From assembly GCA_963751455.1 (NCBI GenBank), contig CAVVUN010000015.1, positions 320,001 to 384,000 on the forward strand: DNA of 64,000 nucleotides, read 5' to 3'. Below are positions 61,051 to 64,000 of this stretch, one piece after another (within the stretch, counting starts at the first letter, position 1; each line of letters opens with the position of its first letter). The notes beneath the pieces were generated by a model. The model made no database searches. It saw nothing but the letters and a program-made list of their open reading frames with translations, and had not been told where the DNA came from. Source of the stretch: Nitrospirota bacterium (lineage in GTDB: Bacteria; Nitrospirota; UBA9217). A program made the position numbers and the translations under genes.

Positions 61051-61437
61051 TTATTCATCAGAAAACTGTTGTTGGAGTTCTGCAATGATCTCGCTCACCT
61101 TGGCAAGAAATTGTTCAGCATGGTTTACGGCATTGTATGCATCTGCTGCATCGATCGTTGAATAATCCGCATAGTCGGCGTCTTCCCTTTCAAATAAGAG
61201 GTCACGGAACCACTTTCCGTGTTCCTTGGGTAAGTGCCCCTCAAGCACCAGCATCTTGCCGACCATCGTTTTTACGCCCTCATGCGTCTTCGGATCAGCC
61301 CCGAGCAGAATCAGCGCCGACCTGGCTGCGCTCAGTGCCGCATAATAGCTCCGGTTCAGCGTAGATTCCCACCGTCCTTCTTTCTGAAGAAGCCGGGCGT
61401 CATCCAGCAGTCTTTTCGCTTTTTCAAGCCGGTGCAA
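61051..61437 (-). CDS. HEPN-domain protein; true start probably 61472 across a homopolymer frameshift
   Basis: NRSYYAA...KTHEGV...REDADY pattern; adjacent MNT gene. Confidence 0.85.
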   Translation of the reverse strand: MHRLEKAKRLLDDARLLQKEGRWESTLNRSYYAALSAARSALILLGADPKTHEGVKTMVGKMLVLEGHLPKEHGKWFRDLLFEREDADYADYSTIDAADAYNAVNHAEQFLAKVSEIIAELQQQFSDE

Positions 61438-61452
61438 AGAAAGAGCTTTTTT

Positions 61453-61788
61453 TCACGCCCGGTCAGCGTCATACAATACAATCCCTTCGGCTTCAATACT
61501 CTTCAAAAACGGACTGCCCAGTTTCCGGTTCACATCAAGCTCGTGCAAAGAAAGAACAGTGGGTGAAAAAGAAATATCCATATTCAGTTCGTATTCATAG
61601 ATAAGCTCCATGATGAAATTCTTGATTTCCCGGTCCTTTCTGTCCACGACGATCAGCAGATCCAAGTCCGAATCGGCGCGAAAATCGCCTCGCACCCGAG
61701 ACCCGAACGCTACGATGCGTAGGATTCGTTTGTTCTCAGCAAGTTTATCGGAAACTTCCTCGACAATGGTTTTTTCCCGCACTAACAT
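61453..61788 (-). CDS. Minimal nucleotidyltransferase (MNT)
   Basis: FGSRVRGDFRADSDLDLLIV; EGIVLY. Confidence 0.9.
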   Translation of the reverse strand: MLVREKTIVEEVSDKLAENKRILRIVAFGSRVRGDFRADSDLDLLIVVDRKDREIKNFIMELIYEYELNMDISFSPTVLSLHELDVNRKLGSPFLKSIEAEGIVLYDADRA

Positions 61789-61912
61789 GGAGAAATGTTA
61801 GCACAAACAACATGATTGTACAAGCAATTTGCCTCCCGGCCCAGGGTCGTGTCATTGTTCAATGCAACGGTACAATAACAAACATCTTTTCACGCACATT
61901 CACTTCCTTTAC

Positions 61913-61988
61913 CGTCATTCCGGCTTGTCCGGAATCTTTCCTGCCTTTTCAGAAGGATTCCCGACGCGCTTCGCTTGCGGGAATGACG
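61913..61988. repeat. CGTC-type palindromic doublet
   Basis: CGTCATTCCGGCTTGTCCGGAATC...GATTCCCG...CGGGAATGACG; partial relative at 14025-14097. Confidence 0.7.
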
Positions 61989-62223
61989 TTATAGGGGTTT
62001 ATGTGCGACTTTGACGGGACCGTGCCTCCCGGCCGGTTTTTTAAGCGCGCGTTGTTTCGCTTAATTCCTGTCGAAACTTATGTTCATCCCCTTACCTTCG
62101 GACCTTTTTTTCCAGTTCTATCATTTTTTATCCTGTTACTTTTATTCGCAGCATTTATAAAATTCTAATTTGAGCGAATCTGTAAGTCATTTGTAAGTAT
62201 GTCTATGGTATTAACACTCGCGT

Positions 62224-62406
62224 ATGGAAAACTACATCGTGCGCATATACCGGCGGGATTCGGAGGATCCGCAACAGGTTGCAGGCGTTGTTGAGCTAGT
62301 CGAACCCGGGAAAACAAAGGCTTTTTCGTGTATTGAGGAGCTTAATCAGATATTGAGGGCCGAGACAAACATGGACTACAGGGACAAGGTGAAGGATCAT
62401 AAATAA
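62224..62406 (+). CDS. Small hypothetical protein
   Basis: MENYIVRIYRR...GVVELV...F...EEL; 60 aa. Confidence 0.6.
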   Translation: MENYIVRIYRRDSEDPQQVAGVVELVEPGKTKAFSCIEELNQILRAETNMDYRDKVKDHK

Positions 62407-62621
62407 GTTTTTTTGAAGATGTGTTTCGGTCAACGGCGGTTTAGTATCGACCGCAAAGTAGAGGTTTAGATGATCCTTTCCGAAGTCGTGTTTCAGCTTA
62501 ACCCGCGGCGTTCGGTTTATATCTTCACGGTCCGGTAATACTCTGCGCGAACCTGAACAGATTAAAATGACAAAACGAGCATTATGTGACGTGATCGACA
62601 TGAAACCAAAAGGAGAATAAT

Positions 62622-64000
62622 ATGAAAAACAGTAATTTTAATTTATTAATACTTGTGGCGTTCATAGTTTTCGGTTTAATGTCTCAAGGCTGTACACGCA
62701 ATAATGATCCAAAAAATAATGCAAATACCAATCCCTCGTTTGAGGTGCCTGCAGGTTTCATCAGTCATGTAGGAAAAGGACAACTCGTGATCGGGTGGCG
62801 GACTGTTTCTGATGCAACATCATACAACATATATTATTCTCAATCGTCAACAATTTCGAAAACAACCGGCACAAAAATCGCGAATGTTTCAATGCCTTAT
62901 ATTCATACCGGCCTCACAAACGGTACCACCTATTCCTATTTTGTGAGTGTAGTAAAAAGTAACGGTGCAACAGTAGAGTCAACATCGTTTTCGAGCATAC
63001 CATCTTCAACAGGCAATGTGCCTGATGCACCTCTCGCGACTTCTGTGCCCGGCAATGGGCAGATAACGCTGAGATGGAATAGTGGTTACAATTCCACGAC
63101 CTTCAATATCTATTGGTCGACAGCGCCTGGAGTCTCGAAAAATACGGGTATAAAAATTTCGCAGGTATCATCTCCTTATACCCATACTGGCCTTAATAAC
63201 GGAACTTCCTATTATTATGTTGTGACTGCCGTTAACAGTTACGGTGAGAGTGCGGATTCCGTTCAAGTGGCTGAATCTCCCTTTGCAACCGGAATTGCTC
63301 CTTCTTTACCAGCGGGGGTCATTGCGAATCCAGGGAGTAAAGAGAATGAGATTCGCTGGGATGCGACGGCGCGTGCAACTTCGTACAATGTTTATTGGTC
63401 AGCAGTTCCGGGTGTCAATACTGTGTCCGGTAATCGGGTATCTACTGCATTCCATTCATTTGCTCATCAAAACTTAACGGACGGAACAACTTACTATTAC
63501 AGAATTACGGCGGTAAATAATTATGGAGAAAGCAGCCCCTCAAGCGAAGTTTCAGCAACGCCGTACCAGGCTTCCTACGGTGTAATTCCGCAAATTCCCG
63601 TCTGTAATTGTGTCGGGTTTCCTCCATCCCCATGGGCGTATGGCGGAAGCACTGCACCCGAACCACCGGCTTGTCATGAGTGCAGAATGAAGATTAAATG
63701 GGGGGATTATTGCTCCCAAATTGAAGCATCGAAATGCTGGGTTGATAACAATTGCGTTTCCTTATACGGCGTCAGCGGTGGAGTTGACTATGCTCTATAT
63801 AACTGCGGGTTACTGCAGGGAATGATTCCCTGCCCCTCAGTAGGCGAATCTTTAATCTGCACTGTGACAAGTGGCAGCTTTCCGCCTGAACCAGATGGAT
63901 ACACGCCAGGTGCAACATTTCCTTATCAAGGCGATCTTAATTTGTATGCCACATTTAATCCGCCTTGCTTGGAGTTCAATATCGGCATAACGATTGATTC
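62622..64000 (+). CDS. FN3-repeat lipoprotein, partial (runs off window; not in ORF track)
   Basis: RBS AGGAGA; lipobox SQG-C; three FN3 repeats (YNIYY/FNIYW/YNVYW...GLTNGTTY); Cys-rich C-terminal region; frame open at window end. Confidence 0.8.
   Translation, partial: MKNSNFNLLILVAFIVFGLMSQGCTRNNDPKNNANTNPSFEVPAGFISHVGKGQLVIGWRTVSDATSYNIYYSQSSTISKTTGTKIANVSMPYIHTGLTNGTTYSYFVSVVKSNGATVESTSFSSIPSSTGNVPDAPLATSVPGNGQITLRWNSGYNSTTFNIYWSTAPGVSKNTGIKISQVSSPYTHTGLNNGTSYYYVVTAVNSYGESADSVQVAESPFATGIAPSLPAGVIANPGSKENEIRWDATARATSYNVYWSAVPGVNTVSGNRVSTAFHSFAHQNLTDGTTYYYRITAVNNYGESSPSSEVSATPYQASYGVIPQIPVCNCVGFPPSPWAYGGSTAPEPPACHECRMKIKWGDYCSQIEASKCWVDNNCVSLYGVSGGVDYALYNCGLLQGMIPCPSVGESLICTVTSGSFPPEPDGYTPGATFPYQGDLNLYATFNPPCLEFNIGITID

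Noticed and set aside
63600-63700. Multiheme cytochrome motif in the FN3 lipoprotein
   Set aside because: CHEC is followed by Arg, not His; no CxxCH
1-64000. Many short antisense or overlapping ORFs in the track; tRNA and rRNA genes
   Set aside because: Shadow ORFs of real genes or translated repeats; no tRNA or rRNA signatures noticed

Overview
64 kb bacterial chromosomal window; gene content suggests an anaerobic sulfur-cycling organism, plausibly Nitrospirota or Desulfobacterota-like (inference). In order: (1) a secreted Gly-rich protein and a 2007-aa signal-bearing Rhs/YD protein, followed by an unannotated 57-aa two-helix candidate immunity ORF; (2) a near-complete MSHA/type IVa-like pilus cluster (pilC, pilins, adhesin, MerR-like regulator, pilMNO/P/Q, pilB); (3) Rieske/cytochrome b/subunit IV genes; (4) a sigma-54 activator, three USPs, two YeeE/YedE transporters, two TusA, DsrE/F/H-like and rhodanese genes (YTD-like sulfur-trafficking island); (5) a sigma-54 DUF2318/ABC operon; (6) surface proteins, clostripain, a half AmpG, two tandem MalT-like/BTAD regulators, an MNT-HEPN pair and a partial FN3 lipoprotein. 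The most unusual feature is a REP-associated HUH tyrosine transposase (RAYT) inside the minor-pilin operon. It carries its own GTAG REP palindromes translated in frame and reads straight into a pilin, so the transposase sits where a prepilin leader peptide should be. Around it, most intergenic gaps of the pilus operon hold short-repeat families, several nested inside one another. Several one-base-short homopolymers suggest assembly indel errors, which is a caveat for all fusion and frameshift claims.
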